Positions 53,117 to 61,922 of a stretch of DNA of 64,000 nt are shown piece by piece; position 1 is the stretch's first letter; each line of letters opens with the position of its first letter. This DNA is from an uncultured SAR86 cluster bacterium. GTDB lineage: Bacteria > Pseudomonadota > Gammaproteobacteria > Magnimaribacterales > D2472. The translations under genes were made by a program, and so were the position numbers. Location of the stretch: assembly GCA_902591665.1 (NCBI GenBank), contig CACJBO010000002.1, forward strand, positions 151,398 through 215,397, given 5' to 3'. The notes under the pieces were generated by a model that worked only from the letters and a program-made list of their open reading frames with translations, did no database searches and was not told the origin of the DNA.

Positions 53117-53731
53117 ATGTTAAAAGTTTATTTTACACCTGGAACTAGAGCGGGAAGAGTGGTTTGGCTGCTAGAAGAATTAGGATTAGATTATGATGTG
53201 GATATCTTACCTTTTACAAAAGAGGGTTTGAAATCTCCAGAACATAGATCGAGACACGCATTAGGAAGAGTGCCAGTTCTTGAAGATGGTGATATTTCCA
53301 TATTTGAATCTGGAGCAATTATTCAATATATTCTTGAGCGTCATAAAGATGGTGGTCTTAAGCCTGATTCAGACTCTGAAGAGTTTCCATACTATCTTCA
53401 ATGGTTTCATTATTGTGAAGGCATGGTTATGCCGCCAATGAACCAAGTTGTAGTTCAAACAATTCTATTGCCTCCAGACAGAAGAGATGAGAATGTTCTA
53501 AAGCAAGCACAAAATCTGATAACTAAATCTCTTGGACCCGTTAATGAAAACCTTGCAGACAAAGATTACTTAGTTGGTAATTTTTCTGCAGCTGATACCA
53601 TGCTTGGTCATTCATGCTTTATGGCTAATAGATTGGGATGTGTTCCTGACGAGATGGATCATATAAAAAATTATGTAGCTCGTATTGAAGCAAGACCAGC
53701 ATTCCAAAAGGCAATAACTTTAGGAGAATAA
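53117..53731 (+). CDS. Glutathione S-transferase family protein
   Basis: RAGRVVWLLEELG, GRVPVL, ESGAI, FSAAD. Confidence 0.9.
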   Translation: MLKVYFTPGTRAGRVVWLLEELGLDYDVDILPFTKEGLKSPEHRSRHALGRVPVLEDGDISIFESGAIIQYILERHKDGGLKPDSDSEEFPYYLQWFHYCEGMVMPPMNQVVVQTILLPPDRRDENVLKQAQNLITKSLGPVNENLADKDYLVGNFSAADTMLGHSCFMANRLGCVPDEMDHIKNYVARIEARPAFQKAITLGE

Positions 53732-54139
53732 ATGAAATATAAAAATAGCGTTCATCCCACCAAAGAACAAATGGAAGGATTTCTTGAGGGTGACAATGAA
53801 ACACCAATCGCCATGATTAATCTTTTGAAGTTTAAAGAAAAAGCTGAATACGAAGACGGTAGAGATACTAATCTAACTGGCGAGCAAGCATATGCCATAT
53901 ATAGCGAAGAGGTTATTGAGCATTTAAAAAAGGTTGGTGGTGAAGTATCTTTTGGTGGATCTATAAATCGTCTAATGCTTGGGGAAGTGGAAGAACTTTG
54001 GGATAAAACTTTTATTGCGAAATATCCTAGTAAAAAAGCAATGCTCAAAATGATTACAGATCCTGACTATTTGGAAAGCAATAAACACAGGGTAGCAGGA
54101 CTTGCAGGACAGCTTAATATAGAAGTTAAAGAATTATAA
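53732..54139 (+). CDS. DUF1330-like alpha+beta barrel protein
   Basis: MINLLKFKE, AYAIY, KVGG, YPS, HRVAGL. Confidence 0.75.
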   Translation: MKYKNSVHPTKEQMEGFLEGDNETPIAMINLLKFKEKAEYEDGRDTNLTGEQAYAIYSEEVIEHLKKVGGEVSFGGSINRLMLGEVEELWDKTFIAKYPSKKAMLKMITDPDYLESNKHRVAGLAGQLNIEVKEL

Positions 54140-54141
54140 TT

Positions 54142-55248
54142 TTGAAGCAATTACAGACATTAAAGAATGATCTTTTAAAAACTAGAATCGTTCAAACAAA
54201 AAACTTAGAAATTGAAGAAGCTGAAATTTTAGTATCAATAGAAAGCTTTGCTTTTACATCTAACAATGTTACTTATGGAGTAGCTGGCGATACGATAGGT
54301 TATTGGCAATTCTTTAAAACAAAAGAAGATGCTAACAATGAATGGGGTTGCATACCGGTATGGGGATTTGCAAAAATCATTAAATCAAATGTCGAAGAAT
54401 TAATTGTTGGAGAAAGGTTATTTGGATATTTTCCTCCAGGCGATATCTTAAATTTAAAACCTATTAAAGTTACCAATCAAGGATTTACGGATGGCAAAGA
54501 ACATCGTAAAGATCTCCCAGCCGTATATAACAATTATTTAAGATTATCGGGGGATGCTAATTACGATAACTCATTAGATGATATTAGATCATTATTATTT
54601 CCACTGCATATAACATCTTTTTGTATATGTGATGCATTAGAAGATGAGGCCTATTTTGGTTCAGATCAAATTATTATAGTCAGTGCATCAAGTAAGACTG
54701 CAATTGGTGTTGCGCAGGGGCTGCAAGAAGCTTCTAATGCTCCATCAATAATAGGCCTTACTTCTCAAAAGAATCTAGATTTTGTTAAAAGCTTGGGTTG
54801 TTATGACGAGGTGATTGCATATGATTGCCTATCAGATGTAAATTTTAACCTTAAGTCTGTAATGGTTGATATGGCAGGAAGCCGAGAGATTCTAGGAACT
54901 CTTCATGGATCACTTGCTGACAAAATGCTTAAATGCTTAACAGTTGGTATGACTCATTGGGACAATGAAGTTACCGCTGAAGATGCTCTTGGTCAGGCCA
55001 TGCTTAGGGAAAGAACAGAATTCTTTTTTGCTCCAGCTCATATTCAAAAACGAGTGAAAGATTGGGGTCATGAAGGCTATAACCAAAAGACAAATGAATT
55101 CATGAAAACTAGATCTATTCAAAGTGCAGATTGGATGCAAGTGAAAAAAATTATAGGTCTTGAAGATTTTATATCTACGTATGAGAAGTTTGTAAGTGGA
55201 GACATAAACCCAACCGAAGGAATTATTGTAGAGTTAGAAAATGAATAA
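54142..55248 (+). CDS. DUF2855 family protein
   Basis: FAFTSNNVTYG, GYWQFF, PVWGFA, SASSKTA, FFFAP; TTG start. Confidence 0.8.
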   Translation: MKQLQTLKNDLLKTRIVQTKNLEIEEAEILVSIESFAFTSNNVTYGVAGDTIGYWQFFKTKEDANNEWGCIPVWGFAKIIKSNVEELIVGERLFGYFPPGDILNLKPIKVTNQGFTDGKEHRKDLPAVYNNYLRLSGDANYDNSLDDIRSLLFPLHITSFCICDALEDEAYFGSDQIIIVSASSKTAIGVAQGLQEASNAPSIIGLTSQKNLDFVKSLGCYDEVIAYDCLSDVNFNLKSVMVDMAGSREILGTLHGSLADKMLKCLTVGMTHWDNEVTAEDALGQAMLRERTEFFFAPAHIQKRVKDWGHEGYNQKTNEFMKTRSIQSADWMQVKKIIGLEDFISTYEKFVSGDINPTEGIIVELENE

Positions 55249-56278
55249 AAAGATAAAAGTTTTTGGGGCCCCTGCCTCACCTTATACACAGAAAATGGTC
55301 TCTATTTTAAGGTATCGCCATATTGCCTATGAAGTTTTTATGGGTGATGTTCCAGGAAGATTAAGCAGGCTAGAAGGAATAGAGCCGCCAAAGCCTATTT
55401 TACTTCCTACCCTTCTTTTAGAAGATGAAAGTGGTAAATTAAAAGCAACTACCGATACCACCCCTATCATTAGAAGGTTTGAAAGCGAGTATCCAAATAG
55501 AAAATTATTACCAGAGGATCCTGCTTTATCTTTCATAAATTATTTATTAGAAGATTTTGGTGATGAATGGGTTACTAAATATATGTTCCATTACAGATGG
55601 TATTTTGATGAAGATGCAGATAATGCGTCAACCGTCCTTCCATTGAGTGATCTTGCTGTGAATATGCCTGATGAAATACTTAAGGATGCAAAAAAATATG
55701 TTCATGATAGGCAGACTGGAAGGTTATGGGTTGTAGGATCAAACGATACAACAGCTGATTTAATAGATTCTAGTTATAAAAGATTTTTAAAATTGATGGA
55801 TGATCACTTATCTATTAGTAAATTTCTTTTTGGTGAAAAGCCTTCTTCTGCTGATTTTGCTATATATGGACAATTAACCCAGCTCATTGGTTTTGATCCT
55901 ACATCAAGAAAAATTGCTTACGATACCGCATTAAGGCTTGTTTCTTGGCAAGATGTAATGGCTGACTTATCTGGTCATGATGTTGAGAATAGTAACTGGA
56001 CTCCTCTTGAGGAAAGCCCCACTTCTTTAAAAGAAATTATGAAAGAGTTTGGTAGGATGTATGTTCCAGCTTTAATAGCAAATGCAGATGCAATTATGAA
56101 GGGCGAGGAAACATGGGAAGCAGAAATTGATGGGTCTTTGTGGACACAAAAAGCCTTTCCTTACCAAGCTAAATGTTTGAAGTGGATTAAAGAGGAGTTC
56201 GAAGCACTTAGTGAAAATGATCAGTCTAGAGTTAAAACTTTTCTTGATGGAACGGGGTGCGAAAAATTATTAGGATAA
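55241..56278 (+). CDS. Long GST-family protein (345 aa)
   Basis: GAPASPY, DTTPII, EDFGDEW, KYMFHYRW, ADFAIYGQL. Confidence 0.8.
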   Translation: MNKKIKVFGAPASPYTQKMVSILRYRHIAYEVFMGDVPGRLSRLEGIEPPKPILLPTLLLEDESGKLKATTDTTPIIRRFESEYPNRKLLPEDPALSFINYLLEDFGDEWVTKYMFHYRWYFDEDADNASTVLPLSDLAVNMPDEILKDAKKYVHDRQTGRLWVVGSNDTTADLIDSSYKRFLKLMDDHLSISKFLFGEKPSSADFAIYGQLTQLIGFDPTSRKIAYDTALRLVSWQDVMADLSGHDVENSNWTPLEESPTSLKEIMKEFGRMYVPALIANADAIMKGEETWEAEIDGSLWTQKAFPYQAKCLKWIKEEFEALSENDQSRVKTFLDGTGCEKLLG

Positions 56279-56282
56279 AGCT

Positions 56283-57086
56283 ATGGAAATAAAAAATAAA
56301 AGAATCGTAGTTACTGGTGCTGCAAGTGGCATTGGGTTGGCACTATGTGAGGAATTTTATGCAAGCGGTGCGCAGTCTATTGTATGCGTAGATCTCAATG
56401 AAGATGGCACTATGGAAATTGCAGAAAAAATTAATGGCCTTGCAGTGACAGCTGATGTGTCTAATGAACAAGACATAATTAATGTAGTTGAAAAAGCAAA
56501 TGAATATTCCGGAGGTATAGATATATTTTGTTCTAATGCGGGAATTGGTGGAACTCCAATGCTTTTAGAAACCACTTCTGAAGAATGGAATCATACTTGG
56601 GGCGTCAACGTAATGTCCCATGTTCATGCAGCTAGACATGTTTTACCTCAAATGCTTGAAAGAGGTGAAGGTTATTTAATGAATACAGCATCAGCTGCAG
56701 GACTATTATCTCAAATAGGTGCCGCCCAATACGCTGTTACTAAATCAGCGGCGGTAAGTTTTGCTGAATGGGTAAAAATTACATATGGTCAAAAAGGAAT
56801 TGGCGTTTCATGTCTATGCCCTCAGGCCGTAAGAACTGCAATGACCGCTCAAGGTGCTGGAGTCGCTGGGGTAGATGGAATGCTTGAACCTGATGTGGTT
56901 GCTAAAGATGTTATAGATGCAATTGAGAATGAAAGATTTTTGGTATTGCCTCACAAAGAAGTGAGTGAATATGTCCAAAGAAAGGGAAATGACAGAGATA
57001 GATGGATAACTGGGATGCAAAGACTGCAAAAAGAATATGAAGATTTTTATGAAAGTTGGGTTAGTGGAGATAAAGGAGAAAAATAA
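56283..57086 (+). CDS. SDR oxidoreductase
   Basis: TGAASGIG, NAG, YAVTK. Confidence 0.9.
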   Translation: MEIKNKRIVVTGAASGIGLALCEEFYASGAQSIVCVDLNEDGTMEIAEKINGLAVTADVSNEQDIINVVEKANEYSGGIDIFCSNAGIGGTPMLLETTSEEWNHTWGVNVMSHVHAARHVLPQMLERGEGYLMNTASAAGLLSQIGAAQYAVTKSAAVSFAEWVKITYGQKGIGVSCLCPQAVRTAMTAQGAGVAGVDGMLEPDVVAKDVIDAIENERFLVLPHKEVSEYVQRKGNDRDRWITGMQRLQKEYEDFYESWVSGDKGEK

Positions 57087-58054
57087 TGAAAACTAAAATA
57101 ACAGAACTATTTGGTATTGAGCACCCTATTATTCAAGGTGGCATGCATCATGTAGGATTTGCTGAACTTGCTGCAGCTGTTTCTAATGCAGGTGGACTAG
57201 GAACTATTACTGGCTTAACTCAAGGTACCCCAGAAAAGTTAGCAAATGAAATTGCAAGATGTAAAGAGATGACAGATAAACCTTTTGCTGTAAATTTAAC
57301 CTTTCTACCTTCTTTAACACCTCCAGATTATCCAGGATTAATTAAAGAAATAATTGATGCAGGAGTTCCAGTTGTTGAAACTGCTGGAAGAAACCCTGCA
57401 GAATATTTACCGGCTCTCAAGGAAGCTGGAATAAAAGTGATTCATAAGTGCACCTCTGTTAGGCACTCTATAAAAGCTCAATCAATTGGTTGTGATGCTG
57501 TATCGGTTGATGGTTTTGAATGCGGTGGTCACCCTGGTGAAGATGATATTCCTAATTTTATTTTATTGCCTAGAGCTGCAGAAGAGTTAGAGATTCCATT
57601 TGTGGCATCAGGTGGAATGGCTGACGGCAGAAGTTTAGTTGCTGCGATGGCACTTGGAGCAGAAGGAATGAATATGGGAACAAGATTTATAGCGACACAA
57701 GATGCTCCAGTTCATCAAAATGTTAAAGAAGCTATTGTTAATGCAACAGAACTTGATACTCGATTGATTATGAGATCATTAACAAATACAGAAAGAGTTC
57801 TTAATAATGAAGCTGTAGAAAGACTGATGGAAAAAGAAAAAAGATTGGGCGATGATCTCAAGTTTGAAGACATTCTTGATGAAGTTGCTGGTGTTTATCC
57901 AAAAATTATGCATGAAGGAACCATGGAAGCAGGCGCTTGGTCTTGTGGAATGGTAGCTGGGCTTGTTAATGACATCCCAACAGTCCAAGACTTAATAAAT
58001 AATATTATGTCCCAGGCTGATGAGATAATTAAATCAAGACTGCAAAATTTCTAA
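57086..58054 (+). CDS. Nitronate monooxygenase family flavin oxidoreductase
   Basis: PIIQGGM, AVSNAGGLG, ECGGHPG, ASGG, MGTRF. Confidence 0.88.
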   Translation: MKTKITELFGIEHPIIQGGMHHVGFAELAAAVSNAGGLGTITGLTQGTPEKLANEIARCKEMTDKPFAVNLTFLPSLTPPDYPGLIKEIIDAGVPVVETAGRNPAEYLPALKEAGIKVIHKCTSVRHSIKAQSIGCDAVSVDGFECGGHPGEDDIPNFILLPRAAEELEIPFVASGGMADGRSLVAAMALGAEGMNMGTRFIATQDAPVHQNVKEAIVNATELDTRLIMRSLTNTERVLNNEAVERLMEKEKRLGDDLKFEDILDEVAGVYPKIMHEGTMEAGAWSCGMVAGLVNDIPTVQDLINNIMSQADEIIKSRLQNF

Positions 58055-58057
58055 AAA

Positions 58058-59254
58058 TTATTTTTTATAATTTGCAGCTTCTTCAGATCCGTCGGTTGCT
58101 GTACCTTTTGTATAAGAGTGAGCTCCCATTCCTGCAAGATCACCGTCTTTAACAATTAAATATGGTTCTCTAATTGGCTCTCCAGCAAAGAAACACTCAA
58201 GTATTTCTCTTACACCAGCAGCATACCTGGCTTGAGCGGATAATGATGTTCCAGAAGTATGAGGAGTCATACCGTGGTTTGGCATTGTTCTCCAAACATG
58301 ATCATTAGGAGCTGGTTGCGGGAACCAAACATCTCCAGCATAACCACTTAACTGACCAGATTCTAAAGCTCTTGCAATTGCATCTTTGTCACAAATCTTT
58401 CCTCTAGCAGTATTAACAATATAAGCACCGCGCTTCATTTTTGCGATCATCTCATCATTAAATAAGTGTTCTGTCTTTGGATGCAGTGGACAACTAATAT
58501 TAACCACATCACAAACAGCAACTAAAGATTCAACAGAATCATGATAAGTAAGATTTAGTTCTGCCTCGACCTCATCAGGTAATTTATGAATGTCGAAATA
58601 GTGCAGATGGACATCAAAAGGTTTCATCTTTCTTAACATGTCGATACCTATTCTTCCTGCAGCTACAGTTCCGACATGCATTCCTTCAACATCATATGAT
58701 CTTTGAACAGCGTCAGCTATATTCCAACCACCTTCATTAACTATCCTGTGTTGATTGTGGTAATCCCTTACCATTGAAAGAATCATCATTACAATATGCT
58801 CTGCAACAGATCTTGAATTACAGTATGTAACCTCCACAACATCTATGTTGTGATCCATAGCTCCTTGAAGATCTACGTGGTCTGAACCGATTCCAGCAGT
58901 TATTGCCATCTTAAGATTTGGAGCGGTTTCCATCTTTTCACGAGTTAAATAATAGGGAAAGAATGGTTGAGATATCACTATATCAGCATCAACTAATTCT
59001 CTATCTGCTTCACACCCTTCACCATCTTTGTCAGATGTAACTACTAATGTATGTCCAGCGTCTTCTAGAAATTTTCTAAGTCCTAACTCTCCTGAAACAC
59101 ATCCAAGTAATTCTCCTGGAGTAAAATCAATGCCCTTAGGAGACGGCAATGTCATCCCATCTGGATATTTATCAATTTTTGGTAAATCATCTCGTGCATA
59201 CTTTTCGGGCATGCCAGTTTTTGGATCATCGTATAAAACGCATAATACTTTCAT
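58058..59254 (-). CDS. fdh: NAD-dependent (metal-free) formate dehydrogenase
   Basis: KVLCVLYDDP, ELLGCVSGELGLRKFLE, GIGSDHVD, AAGRIG, WFPQPAP, TPHTSG, as in Pseudomonas sp. 101-type FDH. Confidence 0.94.
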   Translation of the reverse strand: MKVLCVLYDDPKTGMPEKYARDDLPKIDKYPDGMTLPSPKGIDFTPGELLGCVSGELGLRKFLEDAGHTLVVTSDKDGEGCEADRELVDADIVISQPFFPYYLTREKMETAPNLKMAITAGIGSDHVDLQGAMDHNIDVVEVTYCNSRSVAEHIVMMILSMVRDYHNQHRIVNEGGWNIADAVQRSYDVEGMHVGTVAAGRIGIDMLRKMKPFDVHLHYFDIHKLPDEVEAELNLTYHDSVESLVAVCDVVNISCPLHPKTEHLFNDEMIAKMKRGAYIVNTARGKICDKDAIARALESGQLSGYAGDVWFPQPAPNDHVWRTMPNHGMTPHTSGTSLSAQARYAAGVREILECFFAGEPIREPYLIVKDGDLAGMGAHSYTKGTATDGSEEAANYKK

Positions 59255-59332
59255 AAACTCCCCCTTTATGTAAATAATTCAACTTTTACTAGAACAGAAA
59301 TTATTTAAAAAAACAAGAAAAATATTAGAAAG

Positions 59333-60223
59333 TTAAGCTTTGATAAGTGGGTTATGCTTAACTTTATCTGGAATGTCTTCTGCACCAGGAACACCTCTAG
59401 CAATTAAAAAAGGTTTAAGTGCTTCTATGGCCTTAGGTTCATCATAATGACCAATACCAGGATGGAGGTGATGTATAAAATGAAGTTGCATTGAATGATT
59501 TAAATATCTAGGCATCCAGTGGCTCCAAAATCTTGTATCTTTATATCTTCCTGTTTCAGTTTGATAATGAGGATACCAGCTGAAAAAGACTGAAAGATAA
59601 ATGACTCCAAACTTACTTGGCAACCACCATAATAGAAGTGTCTCTAAGGGAAAAAATACAACTAAGGTCAAAAGAATTACTCTATATAACATTCCTACAT
59701 TCAGACCTTTATTAAAGGATTTCATGAATGCTTTATCATTTTCATAGATTTGGGCTATCGCCTGATATTTTGATATTCCTGCCTGAGTTGCAACAATGAC
59801 CTCCCAAATAGATTTAGCAGATGCAGTATCATGATCTGGATCTTTTTCTGGATTATTTGTATAAGCATGATGTTTCATGTGAGTAGCTCTCATAACATCA
59901 TGAGGAAACATGAGTGTTATTAATGTGTAATGGCTTACAAATGAATCGATCCAACGTCTTTTTGGATTTCCCCTTGAATAATTACCGTGCTGTGCTTCAT
60001 GCGAAGGCAAGTATGCAAAGCAGGCACAAATAGTTGCAATGACAGAGCCAAGTAATAAAGAAATATGTCCATTAATAACTAATGGCCACAGAGAAAGCCA
60101 AATCGTTGCTTGACCAACCCCGATTAAGACCATCTCCCATTGAAACCTTTTTGAAAAACTTCTAGCGATCTCTTTTTCTTTATCAAAAGAAAATTCTTCT
60201 GAAATCTTTTCTAGATTTTCCAT
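59333..60223 (-). CDS. Membrane di-iron fatty acid desaturase/hydroxylase family protein (CrtR-like)
   Basis: His boxes HEAQH, HMKHH, HFIHH. Start moved to ATG 60223, 7 nt after SD GAGGAA. Confidence 0.8.
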   Translation of the reverse strand: MENLEKISEEFSFDKEKEIARSFSKRFQWEMVLIGVGQATIWLSLWPLVINGHISLLLGSVIATICACFAYLPSHEAQHGNYSRGNPKRRWIDSFVSHYTLITLMFPHDVMRATHMKHHAYTNNPEKDPDHDTASAKSIWEVIVATQAGISKYQAIAQIYENDKAFMKSFNKGLNVGMLYRVILLTLVVFFPLETLLLWWLPSKFGVIYLSVFFSWYPHYQTETGRYKDTRFWSHWMPRYLNHSMQLHFIHHLHPGIGHYDEPKAIEALKPFLIARGVPGAEDIPDKVKHNPLIKA

Positions 60224-60411
60224 AACCATGTTCCTCTTATCTTTGCTATAAGGCCAAGAAATAAACCTAAGATATAACAATAAATAGTAATATCAGTAAA
60301 TTGATAGCGAATAGCTATAGCATTAAAGACACTTCCCCAAAAAATTAGGCCAAACCATACCATGTTCCAATTGGAAATATGATCTGTAAGAATTTCCTTG
60401 AATTTATCCAT
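60211..60411 (-). CDS. Small hypothetical membrane protein (66 aa)
   Basis: Two hydrophobic segments; fills the gap before the desaturase and overlaps its start by 13 nt. Confidence 0.55.
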   Translation of the reverse strand: MDKFKEILTDHISNWNMVWFGLIFWGSVFNAIAIRYQFTDITIYCYILGLFLGLIAKIRGTWLWKI

Positions 60412-60514
60412 TTTGTTAATTATTTACTATTTTAGCCAAAAATATAAAGCAAAATATGCATTAATTATCGCAACATTAACAAAATATGATGAATATTGCA
60501 CAAAGTAAGAAAGA

Positions 60515-61351
60515 TTATTGAAAAATATCCAGATTTCTTTCTAAGCTTTTTATGCTTAAAGTCTTTTCGTCATGTCTTGAGGTTTCAATAAGACATTGTC
60601 TCCATATGTAATCTAAAAAATAAGTAAATTTGACCCAGCTTTTTAATTTTTCTTGATCAAGAAAAAAATTTTTACTGTAGCCACATAATAAATAACCAGT
60701 CTCCTTATCATTAAAATCATATGAAGAAATGATTGAGGCTAAATCAAAATAAGGACTATTTAAGGATGCATACTCCCAATCTATAAAAAAATATTTTCTA
60801 TTAAATAAAATATTTTGACGATTTAAATCATTATGAGAAAAAATTATTTGCTCTTTTTCGCAAGAGAGAGAATCAAAAATTTTGAAGCCTTGATTTAGAT
60901 ACCAATTATTTTTAATTTTGTTTTTAAGAATGTCTCTATAATTTTCTATGAGATTTTTAAAATTATTAATTGCAACATTATCAATTTTTATTTCATGAAC
61001 TTTTTTAATTTCTTTACCTAAAGAAATTAAATTTTCTTTTCTTCTAATATCAGAATATGAAATTTCTTTACCGTCATGAAATTCTCTTATTAGAATTCCT
61101 CTATCTAAATCGTGGTATAAAACTTTTTGATTTTGAATTTTTGTTTTTAAAAAATTAAGAATCTGAAATTCTGAAGCTCTTTGTTTTTTCAACCAATTTG
61201 GTATATCAAAATCAATCCTTATTACAGATTTAATGCCATTAAAATTGCATAGAAAAATTTGAGAAATTAGATCAATTTTTAAAGATGAAATAATTTCAAT
61301 TTTGTGATCAACCGAAGCAATTTTTTTGTCAATTTTTTGCATCAATTTCAT
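60515..61351 (-). CDS. Choline/thiamine kinase-like phosphotransferase (APH/ChoK fold)
   Basis: HNDLNRQNIL and IDWEYA; coupled to pnuC. Confidence 0.8.
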   Translation of the reverse strand: MKLMQKIDKKIASVDHKIEIISSLKIDLISQIFLCNFNGIKSVIRIDFDIPNWLKKQRASEFQILNFLKTKIQNQKVLYHDLDRGILIREFHDGKEISYSDIRRKENLISLGKEIKKVHEIKIDNVAINNFKNLIENYRDILKNKIKNNWYLNQGFKIFDSLSCEKEQIIFSHNDLNRQNILFNRKYFFIDWEYASLNSPYFDLASIISSYDFNDKETGYLLCGYSKNFFLDQEKLKSWVKFTYFLDYIWRQCLIETSRHDEKTLSIKSLERNLDIFQ

Positions 61352-61922
61352 CTTTCATTTCGGTCCAAGATTTATAACCAAAATAAATAATTATTAGGTA
61401 TACAAAAAATAATATTGAAGTTAAGAATAGTCCTCTTGAATAAAATAAAAACACAGAAATTGTGTCTATTACAAACCAATAAATCCAATTTTCTAAAAGC
61501 CTCTTTGCGACCATATAAGTCGTTATAATTGCTCCCCAAGTTGTAAGAGAGTCGATAAAAGGTAAGGCAGCATTTGTAAATTTTTCAAGCGCCCAGCCAG
61601 ATGCAAATGCTAATAGAAAGATCAACAAAATTGCTTTTATGTGTTGGTTTCTATTCCATGTTTTTACAAGAAATTTTTTATTGTCTGGTAAAGACATTCT
61701 CCACTGTGTCCAACCATAAACAGCCATAACACAATAAAATATTTGCAATCCTGCTTCCATATATAAGCCTGCAGAATACATCACAAAGAAATACAATAAT
61801 GAACTAAAAAATGCCGCAAACCAACAACTTATGTTCTGTTTAATAGCTAATAATAAATAGGAAATTGCAAGAATAACCGCCGCTGGTTCTATCCAGGCAG
61901 AATGAACAAGATTAGAAATCAT
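61329..61922 (-). CDS. pnuC: PnuC-family vitamin transporter (thiamine or nicotinamide riboside)
   Basis: QNISCW, LQIFY, YGWTQW, DSLTT, ENWIYW. Confidence 0.88.
   Translation of the reverse strand: MISNLVHSAWIEPAAVILAISYLLLAIKQNISCWFAAFFSSLLYFFVMYSAGLYMEAGLQIFYCVMAVYGWTQWRMSLPDNKKFLVKTWNRNQHIKAILLIFLLAFASGWALEKFTNAALPFIDSLTTWGAIITTYMVAKRLLENWIYWFVIDTISVFLFYSRGLFLTSILFFVYLIIIYFGYKSWTEMKDEIDAKN

Noticed and set aside
14949-60280. Longest-ORF starts at 5284, 14949, 20152, 41504 and 60280
   Set aside because: Downstream ATGs (5269, 15012, 20173, 41549, 60223) fit signal peptides, SD or promoter positions better.
60412-60514. Possible small hydrophobic ORF between the kinase and the 66-aa gene
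   Set aside because: The open frames lack a convincing start and SD; hydrophobic translation is expected from AT-rich DNA.
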